Of a stretch of DNA of 64,000 nt, positions 27,125 to 38,576 are shown piece by piece. The translations under genes were made by a program, and so were the position numbers. Each line of letters opens with the position of its first letter. Position 1 is the first letter of the stretch. The stretch is from the NCBI RefSeq assembly GCF_006345805.1, contig NC_042998.1:172546001-172610000 (forward strand). The letters run 5' to 3'. The stretch comes from Octopus sinensis. Its lineage: Eukaryota. Below the pieces are notes generated by a model. The model was not told the DNA's origin, did no database searches, and worked only from the letters and a program-made list of their open reading frames with translations.

Positions 27125-29300
27125 GTGGACACACCACCCACACACACCCACCCACCTACCTCCCACACGCACACACCCACCCACCCACCTACCTCCCACA
27201 CCCACCCACCCACCTCCCACACCACCCACCCACCTACCTCCCACACGCCTGTTCACACACACACATACGTAGACCCACTACGTACATACATTCACACATT
27301 TAATCACACACACTTACAGACATACTAACACACACTAACATACAAACCAACATGCACATACACACACACATACATACATACGCACACACATACATACTTA
27401 CACACACACACACACACACATACATACACACATACACACACACATACATACGCACATACATACACACACACTCACACACACACACCGCACGTACATACTT
27501 CACACACACACATGCAAACATACATGTAGGCACATACATACATACATACCCACACATGCACACCCTTACACTGAATGCACACACACATACACCTTTTTGC
27601 ATCCAGGCAGCCCCCCCTCTTTTCTGCTTTCCGGTTTTGGCTGATGGATCCTCGGTTCCCGCGTAGCGGGGCGTTCGAGGGCCTTTGCGCTCGCGCGCCT
27701 TGGCGCGCGCTGGGGGCTTGGTCGGCCCCTTGGGCTTGCGTTGTACTGCTTGTGCGTTGTGTGCGTGGGCGCGCTTCGTGTGTGTGGGCTTGCTTCGGAT
27801 GTGCGCGTGCGTATGTATGCATACATACCCACACACTCGCATGCATCCCTACCCACATACATACACGCACACCTACTCACACACACACATACACACACAT
27901 ACCTGCACACACACACACATACATACATACACATACATACCTACTTCAGACATACACACACACAGACATACACCCATACACTCACACTCACACGCATAAC
28001 ACACACACATACACACGCACACGTACACATACACACACACACACACACCTACATACATACATTACACTTGTATACACACACACTTACATTCATACACACA
28101 CACACACTACACAGCCATACCCTCACTCAGACACACACATCTACCTACACACACACACAAACACACGGACACACCCATACATACATACATCTACACACAC
28201 ACGCCTACACACATACATACACACATACATAAACACACACACATACACATACACACATACGCACACCACATATACTTATACACATGCACACACACACACA
28301 CCATACATACACCCATATACATACACACACATACCCACATACTCCTATACGCACATACATACACACAGACATACACCATACACACTCACACAAACATACA
28401 CACACACATACTTACACACACACTCACCTGCACGCGCACACACATGCATGACAAACACCCATACACTCACACTCACATACGCACACACCAACATAAACAC
28501 GCACACGCACACGCACACACACCTACACTCCCACACACATACACACGCACCTACATACACACACGCACGCATACACACGCATACACACATACATTACACA
28601 CGTACACACACACACCACATACACATGCATACACACACACACACAACATGCACGGACACACCCAGACATACACACATACACCTATATACACACGCCACAC
28701 ACCTACATACACACACATAACATACACACACATACAACGGACACACCCACAACATACTTACATACATACACCTATACACACACGCCCACACACCTACATA
28801 CACACACATGCATACACACACACACATGTACGCACATACACACACATATACGCACATACATATATACCCACACACATGCACACACACACACATACGCACA
28901 TGCATGCATGCATGCACACGCGCACACCTACACGCATACACACACACACACGCACGTACACATACATACATACACACACGCATACATACACCCATACACA
29001 TACATGCATCCTACACACACATACATACACACTCACACATACATACACACACACACTCACACACACCTGTATGTACGCGCACACACATGCACATACACAC
29101 ACTTCCCCACACCCACACGTACATACATACACACTCACACACATACACACACACACACACACACGGACATACATCTATGCACACACATACATACACACAT
29201 ACTCACATACATTCATCGGACACACTGCCACCCGGACATACACACAGACACACTCACACATCCACACACATACATACTTACGCGCACATACTCGCAGGCC
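27125..29300 (+). repeat. ~2.2-kb degenerate (CA)/(CACC)/(CATA) cryptic microsatellite inside the PLE 3' region
   Basis: Directly visible; source of the His/Thr-rich and Val/Cys-rich ORFs. Confidence 0.92.
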
Positions 29301-29795
29301 GCGCACGCACGCGCTTGCGCCGGTTCGCGTACGCATACGCTCCGCAGGCACCTCGCTCTTGGACCGACAAGACCTCCCGCCCGTTCCTGGGACCGTCGCG
29401 TGTCGTTGGGTTTTCCCACGCCCGCCTCCGCGGGACCACTCTTCCATCTTCCCCTCAGCTGGAGTCCTTTTTCCTTAACCCCCCCTTTTTCGTTACACAC
29501 ACGCGCACACATATACACACATTGCTTAAATATATACATTACTCTTACACACATTCAATCTACTCGCCATTTATACCACCACGACACTGGACACACCACA
29601 CACACTACTCAACACACGCTGGCACGCTACATACGCCCCCACCCCTTCCCCTCCCTCCCTTCCTCCTTCCTTCTTTTTCTTACTACTGACCTTTGTCTGC
29701 TAAGCTGACCACTATCTCGCCCTACCTCACACGCCTACACACAGACGCACACACTAACACACACATATATATTTTTTTGTTTTTTCATCTCGCCT

Positions 29796-29826
<31 letters not shown>

Positions 29827-29898
29827 ACACTCACACATACACACACATCTGTTGCGTTACCAACCTTGTCTCCACTCTTTTGCTTTAAAAAACCACTT

Positions 29899-30148
29899 TG
29901 CTCTTTTGTTTCGTAAACATCCGCCTTTCACCATGTGCAACTCGTAAACACCAGTCGTCTTTTTTCTCTTTCCCTGTTGCCCGCTCTGGGATCTTTCTTT
30001 CCTCTCTTTCTTCTTTATGTTCCGACGAAGAGCTCCGCTCGAAACGTCATACCTCCTCTGCTTCCTTTTCCTGAGCGCCTATTAATAATAATACTGTAAT
30101 TGTTCCATTGTTGTTGTTTATTTGTTTCCCGTTTGGATTAAAATTATA
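29899..30148 (+). repeat. 3' pseudo-LTR
   Basis: Near-identical to 23673-23922. Confidence 0.93.
30016..30053 (+). ncRNA. Minimal hammerhead-like motif in the 3' pLTR (C4 variant)
   Basis: CCGACGA-A-GAGC(tcc)GCTC-GAAAC-GTC, identical core to 23797-23823; predicted cleavage after 30048. Confidence 0.55.
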
Positions 30149-30163
30149 TATTATATATATATA

Positions 30164-30200
<37 letters not shown>

Positions 30201-30951
30201 ATATAATATTATATAATATAATATATATATATACATATATACATATACATACACACACCCATATATTATACATATATATATATACATACATATATACATA
30301 TATATATACACATATATGTATATATATTATATAACGCGTTTGTATGTGTCTGTTTGTGGACGTGTGTATGAACGCGTGTGCGTATGTGTGTGTATTTAGA
30401 TGTATAATAAAATACTGCCAGTTAAAAAGCACCATTATATCAAGAAAAGCAACTCAACAAAATAACTATTTACTGTAGTCAATATGATCGACTTAAAACA
30501 CTTGCGTGCCAGTAGTCATAGTCAAACACCCAAAACCACTAAAGAGTAAGATTTGTATGAAGCTTCCAACTCAGTTTATGAATGACAATAAATTTAAGGT
30601 GTAAGCTGATTTTTCTTTTGAAATTTCTTTCAGTAAATCTTGATGTGAATGGAGAATATGATCAGTCGAATCAGATATAAAACTTGCTGCTATTTGTTGT
30701 TTTGAGTGACCATAATTATATTATCAATTTAACGCGAATTAGATGTCGGCAGTGATGCTAATTGGTATTCATGGAAATCAAAGACAGGTGACAAGATAAA
30801 GTAGCTATTAAGTCACTTGTATTTAAATATGTCATCAAGAATGACATGTTGGGGGCTGTCTGTGAAATTAAGCCATTTATTAGGTGATAATATGTATTTT
30901 AGTATGCCATAAATGCTTGATTAACTCTCTGCCTCTGTGTCTCTATCTCCA

Positions 30952-31300
30952 TCTCACTCACTCACTCACTCACTCACTCACTCACTCACTCACTTACTCA
31001 CTCACTCACTCACTCAATCATTCACTCACTCACTTACTCACTCACTCACTCACTCATTCACTCACTCACTCACTCACTCACTTACTCACTCACTCACTCA
31101 CTCACTTACTCACTCACTCACTCACTCACTCATTCCCTCCCTCACTCACTCACTCACCCACTCACTCACTCACTCACTCACTCACTCACTCACTCACTCA
31201 CTCATTCACTCACTCACTCACTCACTTACTCACTCACTCACTCACTCACTAACTCACTCACTCACTCATTCCCTCCCTCACTCCCTCACTCACCCACTCA
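30952..31300. repeat. (TCAC)n tetranucleotide microsatellite
   Basis: Directly visible; source of the LTHS/SLTH ORFs. Confidence 0.97.
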
Positions 31301-31534
31301 CAAAGACATGCCAATACACACAAATCATTCGTCTACTAAATTTATGCAATTTAATTTAAGACTAATGGTAATATCATAAGGTTTGTTCTCTGTGTTCCCG
31401 TTTCTTTCCCCTTAGTTCTTCTTCTCTGTCTTCTAACTTACTAACATTGATATTGTATACAAGTCATGCATATGTAATATCAAAAATATACAATAATAAA
31501 ATTAACGGCTACTTTTATTTTTTAAACTTTTATA

Positions 31535-31801
31535 TAAGTTTCAGTTATTTGACCGCGGCCATGCTAAGGCACCATCTTGAAAGGTTTTACTTGAACGAAT
31601 CGACCCCCAAGAATTTTTGTAAAGCCGATTCGCTAATTTACACGGACGTAAACGCACCAATACTGGTTGTCAAGTAGAGGACAAACATACACACACATAG
31701 ACACATATACATTTATGTATGTATGTATGTATGTATGTATGCATGCATGTATGTATGTATGTATGTATGTATGTATGTATGTATGTATGTATGTATGTAT
31801 G

Positions 31802-31876
<75 letters not shown>

Positions 31877-32013
31877 ACGACGGGCTTCTTTGAGTTTCCA
31901 TCTAACAACGAAATCGACTCAGAAGGTTTTGGACGACCCGAGACTATAGTGGAAGTAACTTTTCGAAGTTTGTCAAGTAGTGGGGCTAAACCTGGAACCA
32001 TGTAATCGGGAAG
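31535..32013 (-). mobile_element. SINE family A with internal (TATG)n(TATC)n expansion, head cut by the LTR insertion
   Basis: Tail at 31535-31700, core/head at 31876-32013; the head stops at ...aaccatgtaatcgggaag, exactly where the LTR TG begins. Confidence 0.8.
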
Positions 32014-32294
32014 TGTTGTGGCGAGAGTCGCGACACTCTCTGCGAGAACAAACTTCTCCGAACGACTACAAGTAGTAGCGGTCTGAGAAAAAGAGAGAGA
32101 GTAGATGTTAATTGCAGGAAGTTGTAAGGTGACGTTTTGGTAGTTTGTCGGAATATCGTTTGTTGGTTGGTGTATAGTTCGCGGAGAGTTTGTTGGATTG
32201 TTACGTTGTTGTTACTCTCCTTCGTTATATATTTTCTTTTTACTACACGGTTATAGTGTAAACAAGTGTCGTCATAAATAGTGGAGATACTACA
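32014..32294 (+). repeat. 5' LTR of a Ty3/gypsy element (TG...CA, 281 bp)
   Basis: Begins TGTTGTGG, ends ACTACA, and is followed after 5 nt by a PBS and then gag. Confidence 0.8.
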
Positions 32295-32299
32295 ATACT

Positions 32300-32312
32300 T
32301 GGCGACGAGGAT
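32300..32312 (+). promoter_or_regulatory. Primer-binding site, probably tRNA-Ser(GCU)
   Basis: TGGCGACGAGGAT is the complement of ...AUCCUCGUCGCCA, the 3' end of metazoan tRNA-Ser(GCU) as recalled from memory. Confidence 0.75.
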
Positions 32313-32362
32313 TCGAAGCTCACGCAGGTCGGTTAACAAATTTTTGTGATACAAAGTTGTTG

Positions 32363-33660
32363 ATGATGGAAGCCCTATTAGCTTCTATAATACAATTGCA
32401 AAAGCAACAACATGAACAACAGCAGGAAAAGCAGAGATAACTACTTCAGCAATAAGAAAAACCAAAATGGAGTTAATGGAACTGTCTTAAGAAATCCGGA
32501 AACACTATAAGCTCGTTTTCGCCAGACGGCGTATCGAACTTTATAACATGATTCAGTTATGACCTAGAGGAGATTATAACATTTACAGCGTACTTTAGAA
32601 GGTACGAAGAAATCTTCAGGAAAGATTGCAAGTCGAGGACATACAACGAAAAAGTAAGACTATTATTACATATATTAGCACCAGCTGAACATGCAAAAAT
32701 ATTTTAACATCACACAAGCCCCACACAAAATACAAAAACAAAACAAAAATCTAGTGAACTTGGTTTCCAGGAAACAGTCGAACTACTATCAAAAATATTC
32801 AGTGATAAGAGTTTCCTATTTAACACTAGATGGGAGTGTTGTAATCTAGTTAAAAGAGAGAATGAAAACTTTGTCACGTATGCCGGGACTATAAACCGAA
32901 TGTGCGAAAGGTTCAAACTGAAGGAACTAACTCCTGGTATGATTGATTGCCTCATTTTTGTACAAAGTTTTACGACAAAGATACGGAGATACGTGCAAGA
33001 ATTCTCACAAAACTTGAACAAGCAAGCCAAAGTTTAACCCTGATGAAAGTTGCAGAGGAGTGTCAAAGAATGCTAAATTTACATCAGAACCTAAAGGATA
33101 TTGAAGACGAGTACAAGCGTGTCGACCGGGAAGGTATGAACAAAGAAAAAAATGTTAAGACCAGACCCATGCTACGGATGTGGAGCCCTACATTTCAGGA
33201 AGGATTGTCCTTTCAAAACAGTTGTAGGACACAAGAGCTCACATTGCAGAGCAAAGTTAGGAAGGTCGAACATAAAAATTTCTAAAGTTTTCTCAACGGA
33301 AAGTAAAAGCGACACCAAAAAGAGGAAATTTGTACATGCAAAAGTAAACGAAGTGAATATTAAATTACAACTAGATACTGGTAGCGACATCTCGATACGT
33401 GGAAAAGAAGTGGGAAGCCTACGTTAAGAAAAACATCAACAATTGTGACAGGTGAAAAAACTATACTTCGTACGTGAAATGTGGAGTGATATCACATTTC
33501 GATGAAAAACATATAGAGCAAAAGTTTTCGTCGCACAGACTGGTTGAAGTTGTTTGACTTATGGGACCTCCCCAAGTCGCTCGAAAGTTTAAATTGATCT
33601 CCGAAAAATTGTCACCAAAAGAAAAAAAACATATACAGAAAATACAAAAAAAAGTCAACT
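32363..33660 (+). pseudogene. Ty3/gypsy (Mag-like) gag-protease remnant, 3'-truncated
   Basis: Q-rich gag start, FNTRWECCNLVK, EIRARILTKLEQ, zinc knuckle CYGCGALHFRKDC, protease KLQLDTGSDIS. No RT, integrase or 3' LTR. Confidence 0.85.
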
Positions 33661-33807
33661 AAACATTTTAATGCCGGAGTCAAAGTCCATTTCAAAGTAT
33701 ACAAGAACGGTGAAGAGAGTTGATAAATGAGGAAGTTGGGGAAGAGAAATCCTCCCCCACCCCCAAGCTACCCTTTTGGCAAAAATTTGAAATCATTATT
33801 ATTATTA

Positions 33808-34117
33808 TGGCTCAGTGGTTAGAGCGTCAAGCTTACGATCGTGAGGTTGTGAGTTCGATTCCCAGACCGGGCAGCGTGTTGTGTTCTTGAGCAAGACACA
33901 GTTAACTAAGCTGTAGAAATGAGTTGCGACATCACTGGTGCCAAGCTGTATCAGATTTTTTCCTTTCCGTTGGATAACATCAGTGGTGTGGAGAGGGGAG
34001 GGTGGTATGCATGGGCGACTGCTGGTCTTCCATAAACAACCTTGCCCGGACTTTTGCCTCGGAGGGTAACTTTCTAGGTGCAACCCCATAGTCATTCATG
34101 ACTGAAGGGGGTCTCCT
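33808..34117 (+). mobile_element. tRNA-derived SINE (family C)
   Basis: A box TGGCTCAGTGG (33808), B box GTTCGATTCC (33853), GTGTTCTTGAGCAAGACAC core; flanked on both sides by cattattattattat. Confidence 0.88.
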
Positions 34118-34176
34118 CATTATTATTATTATTATTTCGCTTAGACATAACGATACAATTACCTGCCGTTAGAACT

Positions 34177-34225
<49 letters not shown>

Positions 34226-34536
34226 AACCATGTGGTTGGTTAGCAAGCTACTTACCACATAGCCCTCCTATATATATAAGTATTTTTGTGTAATGGGATT
34301 AAAAAAACCAAGGCTGTGTAGGTATTAGAACATTTATAGATAGAAGGTCTTACAACTGTTTATTATATTTATTATATCCCTTCATCGGAGACGGTGTGAG
34401 AGGATGGTTATGTAATAGTTAATTAGATAGGATACAAATAGAGAGTGAGGTGGAGGACAGAAAATAGATGTGAGATATGTAGGGATATTGAAGATATAGA
34501 TCCATTTCTTAGGCAGAATGGTATATATATATATAT

Positions 34537-34600
<64 letters not shown>

Positions 34601-35214
34601 CGGGAAGCTTTATGAAAATAGACAAAAGACGAAGGCAGGTGGAAAACAAACAAACAATTGTTTTAGTATGGCGCTCAGGAAATATAAATAAAACAAATCT
34701 TTAACGTTTTTTGAGCCTACGCTCTCAACAGAAAGATACACAGAGAGAAAAAAAACACAGAAAGAAGGAGAGAAAAAAATGCGTGCAGTAACTAACGAAT
34801 CAACATGGCGATCTGATTTCGGCCAGAAGTCAAAGATCAAACATGAGACGCGAGAGCGAAATAAGGGGAGATAATAGGGTTGATAATAGGGTTGAAATAT
34901 ATATATATATATATACCATTCTGCCTAAGAAATGGATCTATATCTTCAATATCCCTACATATCTCACATCTATTTTCTGTCCTCCACCTCACTCTCTATT
35001 TTGTATCCTATCTAAATTAACTATTACATAACCATCCTCTCACACCGTCTCCGATGAAGGGATATAATAAATATAATAAACAGGTGTAAGACCTTCTATC
35101 TATAAATGTTCTAATACCTACACAGCCTTGGTTTTTTTAATCCCATTACACAAAAATACTTATATATATAGGAGTGGCTATGTGGTAAGTAGCTTGCTAA
35201 CCAACCACATGGTT
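34226..35214. repeat. Young inverted duplication (arms ~34226-34530 / ~34905-35214)
   Basis: ~300-bp arms match in reverse complement with only a few differences; includes the first ~45 bp of the SINE at 35171. Confidence 0.93.
34597..34895 (-). mobile_element. ~300-bp PLE-associated non-coding repeat with hammerhead-like motif
   Basis: Homologous to 39975-40275; minus-strand CTGTTGA-GAGC(gtag)GCTC-AAAAAAC-GTT. Confidence 0.7.
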
Positions 35215-35563
35215 CCGGGTTCAGTCCCACTGCGTGGCATCTTGGGCAAGTGTCTTCTGCTATAGCCCCGGGCCGACCAACGCCTTGTGAGTGGATTTGG
35301 TAGACGGAAACTGAAAGAAGCCTGTCGTATATATGTATATATATATATATGTATGTGTGTGTTTGTGTGTCTGTGTTTGTCCCCCTAGCATTGCTTGACA
35401 ACCGATGCTAGTGTGTTTACGTCCCCGTCACTTAGCGGTTCGGCAAAAGAGACCGATAGAATAAGTACTGGGCTTACAAAGAATAAGTCCCGGGGTCGAG
35501 TTGCTCGACTAAAGGCGGTGCTCCAGCATGGCCGCAGTCGAATGACTGAAACAAGTAAAAGAG
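35171..35563 (+). mobile_element. Full-length tRNA-derived SINE family A (CORE-like segment, internal microsatellite)
   Basis: A-box-like TGGCTATGTGG, B-box-like GGTTCAGTCCC, CTTGGGCAAGTGTCTT, internal (TA)(TG) tract, tail ending gaaacaagtaaaagag; multiple copies in the window. Confidence 0.9.
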
Positions 35564-35653
35564 TATATATATATATACCGGAGTAAACACATAAATGTGA
35601 AACAAGGTGGAAAAAAGAGTACTCAAATACCAGAGGTAGAGTAATATGCTTTA

Positions 35654-35900
35654 TTTAAAAGCGGCAGAAATTTAACAAAAACTGTTACTCGGAGTTTCAC
35701 GTTCCGTTCGACGGACAGTTTTGTTAAAATAGAACCGAGACGACAATTCTATCAAGACTAGTATAAACGTTACACCTTTAACGATTATACTAGTCTTGAT
35801 AGAATTGTCATCTCGGTTCTATTTTAACAAAACTGCCCGACGAACGGGAACGTGAAACTCCGAGTAACAGCTTTTGTTAAATTTCTGCTACTTTTAAATA
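35654..35900. repeat. Near-perfect palindrome (~119-bp arms, 6-nt loop at 35773-35778) with a hammerhead-like motif in each arm
   Basis: Right arm: AAAACTGC-CCGACGA-ACG(ggaa)CGT-GAAAC-TCCGA-GTA-ACAG. The left arm carries the reverse complement. Confidence 0.92.
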
Positions 35901-36332
35901 TATATATATATATATGCTTCAGAACAAATCATCAGTCGATTACATAGCAGAAATAAGAAATGAAAATGACAAAGGAAAAGAAATTATGTCATGAATTTCG
36001 TGAGCTTACAGTGGTTTCTGCTATAAGATGCAATGCACTCATAGTTGAAGGCTTGTATATCACCCTATAGCTTTATCGTAATTTCAAATATGAAGTGAAG
36101 TTTTATTTGGGAAAGCATTTACATTTTTATACATACACAGAAAAAAACAAACAACCAAAAAAGAAGGCATAAACATATGTAGGAAATGAATTAAAAAGTT
36201 TGAGAGAGAGAATCTCCTCAAACAAGTGCAATATGATAATATTTAATCGATATATATGTCTGTGTGTCCGTCTGGCTGTCAGTTTATCTGTCAGTCTATG
36301 TCTGTCTGTTTGTTTCTCTCTCTCTCTCTCTC

Positions 36333-36375
<43 letters not shown>

Positions 36376-36378
<3 letters not shown>

Positions 36379-36596
36379 CTTTTTACCCACAAGGAGCTAA
36401 ACACAGAGAGGACAAACAAGGACAGACAAACGGATTAAGTCGATTATATTGACCTCAGTGAGTAACTGGTACTTAATTTATCGACCCCGAAAAATGAAAG
36501 GCAAAGTCGACCTCGGCGGAATTTGAACCCAGAACGTAACGACAGACGAAATACAGCTATGCATTTCGCCCGGCGTGCTAACGTTTCTGCCAGCTA
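36376..36596 (-). mobile_element. tRNA-derived SINE family B (central domain resembling the MetaSINE core, from memory)
   Basis: Reverse complement: GCTGGCAGAAACGTTAGC..GGTTCAAATTCCGCCGAGGTCGACTTTGCCTTTCATTTTTCGGGGTCGATAAATTAAGTACCAG. Confidence 0.85.
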
Positions 36597-36867
36597 GGTA
36601 TATGAAGAACGCCTATACAAAAAATAAAATGAAAACAGGTAAAAATATGTTCCGTCCATAGTAATAGAGTGAAAGTGGCAAAATCAAAGACAATGAGAGA
36701 AAGAGAAAATGAAAAGAGAGAAAATGAGAAACAGAAAAGTTTTCATGAGGGTCAATAAAGAGTTTTGTACATAAGGACTGACGATTTACAATTTTCAGAA
36801 TGAAAGGTGCGGAGGGGAAGGACCTGCGAAGGCATGACAGATAACAGCGTGTGTCTGTGTGTGAGCG

Positions 36868-36919
<52 letters not shown>

Positions 36920-37403
36920 GAGAGAGAGAGAGAGAGAGAGGGAGAAAGAGGGAGAGAAAGAGAAAGAGAGAGGGAGAGAAAGAAAGAGACGCGAATGTTG
37001 AAGGATGCATATCTTCGTATATATACAGAAAGACGCACACTCGAGCATACCTATACACATGCACTGAAACATCTATAAGTACATATACGCACATATATAA
37101 ATGCAGACATATATACATATATATAGATGCATACATATATACACATATATAAATGTATACATATATGTGCATATATAGATGTATACATACATACACATAT
37201 ATAGAGGCATACATATATACATATATATAAATGCGTACATATATACACATATATACACGTATATAAATACATACATATACATACTTATATAATTGCTTAC
37301 ATATCATCAATAATAATAAAGGATAAAATTAATTAATTAATTAATTAATAATTAATAATTATGCCAAGTCGTTCAGCATGTTAAAATAACGATTATCGGT
37401 AAA

Positions 37404-37998
37404 CCTAAATAAAAATTCATTATAATTATGAGTATAATTATAATTATGGTTCAGCAAAAGATTTAGTTCACCACATACCGAAATTTAGAAATAGCAGCCA
37501 AAACTAGCTATTTCTCTACCATAATAAAATCTCCCAGACAACAATACTCAACAACCCACGTAGGCAAAGAGAAAAAATAACGAATTCACTCGGCTTAGAT
37601 TAACTGTAGACGCGTTTCGGAGTTAGATAGTTATGAAAAATGTAAAAAAAACACATTTCTATTCTATCATTCTCGCTCTTCAGTACAGTATTTCAAGATT
37701 TTAAATTTGAGGGCACTGTAAAAAATTGAGCATACCTTATCTGACCTAGCGACATCAGACAAACTACATCCAATGACCAGTATCTCCGAATTCAAACAGA
37801 CGAATGAGATCTCGTATTCTCCCTCAACTACCCATGTGTGTTATCGAGTTGTTGAGTATTATTGTCTAGGAAATTTTCTTATGGTAGAGAAATAACTAAT
37901 TTTGGCTGCTATTTCTAAATTTCGGTATGTGGTGAACCAAATCTTTTGCTGAACCATAATTATAATTATACTCATAATTATAATGAATTTTTATTTAA
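37404..37998. repeat. Inverted repeat (arms ~37404-37556 / ~37846-37998) enclosing a hammerhead motif; PLE-type end
   Basis: aaaaattcattataattatgag...ggttcagcaaaagatttagttcaccacataccgaaatttagaaatagcagccaaaa versus its reverse complement at 37900-37995. Confidence 0.88.
37603..37689 (-). ncRNA. Minimal type I hammerhead ribozyme motif with intact core
   Basis: ACUGUA-CUGAAGA-[G..GAUAG..CUAUC..CUCC]-GAAAC-GC-GUC-UACAGU. Perfect 6-bp stem I, consensus core, palindromic ACGCGU stem III. Confidence 0.75.
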
Positions 37999-38090
37999 AT
38001 GCTTACATATATAGACTTGCATAAATGCATACATATATACACATATAGAAATGCGTACAAATATACGCATATATAAAAGCGTACACACAT

Positions 38091-38130
<40 letters not shown>

Positions 38131-38133
<3 letters not shown>

Positions 38134-38345
38134 TTCTCTCTTTTACTTGTTTCAGCCATTTGACTGCGGCCATGCCGGAGCACCGCCTTTAGTCGAGCAA
38201 ATCGACCCCTGGACTTATTCTTTGTAAGCCCAGTACTTATTCTATCGGTCTCTTTTGCCGAACCGCTAAGTGACGGGGACGTAAACATACCAGCATCGGT
38301 TGTCAAGCAATGCTAGGGGGACAAACACAGACACACAAACATACA
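38131..38345 (-). mobile_element. SINE family A, 3' half
   Basis: Matches 35370-35563. Confidence 0.88.
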
Positions 38346-38576
38346 CATATATACACACATATAAACGCATACATATATACACATATATAAATGCATTAAT
38401 GCGTACACTTATAATTGCATACATATATACACAAATACAAATGCGTACATGTATACACATATATAGATGCATACATATATCCACATATATAGATGCGTAC
38501 ATATATACACATATATAAATGCGTACATATATACACATATATAGAGGCATACATATATATATATATATATATTGTT

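Larger units (their letters stand above)
23673..30148 (+). mobile_element. Neptune-type Penelope-like retroelement with terminal direct repeats (pseudo-LTRs)
   Basis: ~250-bp direct repeats at 23673-23922 and 29899-30148 flank an RT + GIY-YIG reading frame; both ends abut (TA)n tracts. Confidence 0.9.

Noticed and set aside
29340-29450. HDV-like ribozyme in the GC island
   Set aside because: Partial P1/P3-like pairings only; no P1.1 GG in register and no J4/2 catalytic strand.
27300-29708. Long His/Thr-rich (381, 344, 293, 266 aa) and Val/Cys-rich ORFs
   Set aside because: Translations of a degenerate CA repeat that lacks stops in several frames; no domain content.
30884-31359. LTHS/SLTH repeat ORFs
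   Set aside because: Translation of the (TCAC)n microsatellite.
33808-33870. Possible tRNA gene
   Set aside because: A and B boxes are present, but the cloverleaf acceptor stem is not closed and the sequence runs into a SINE body; it is a SINE head.
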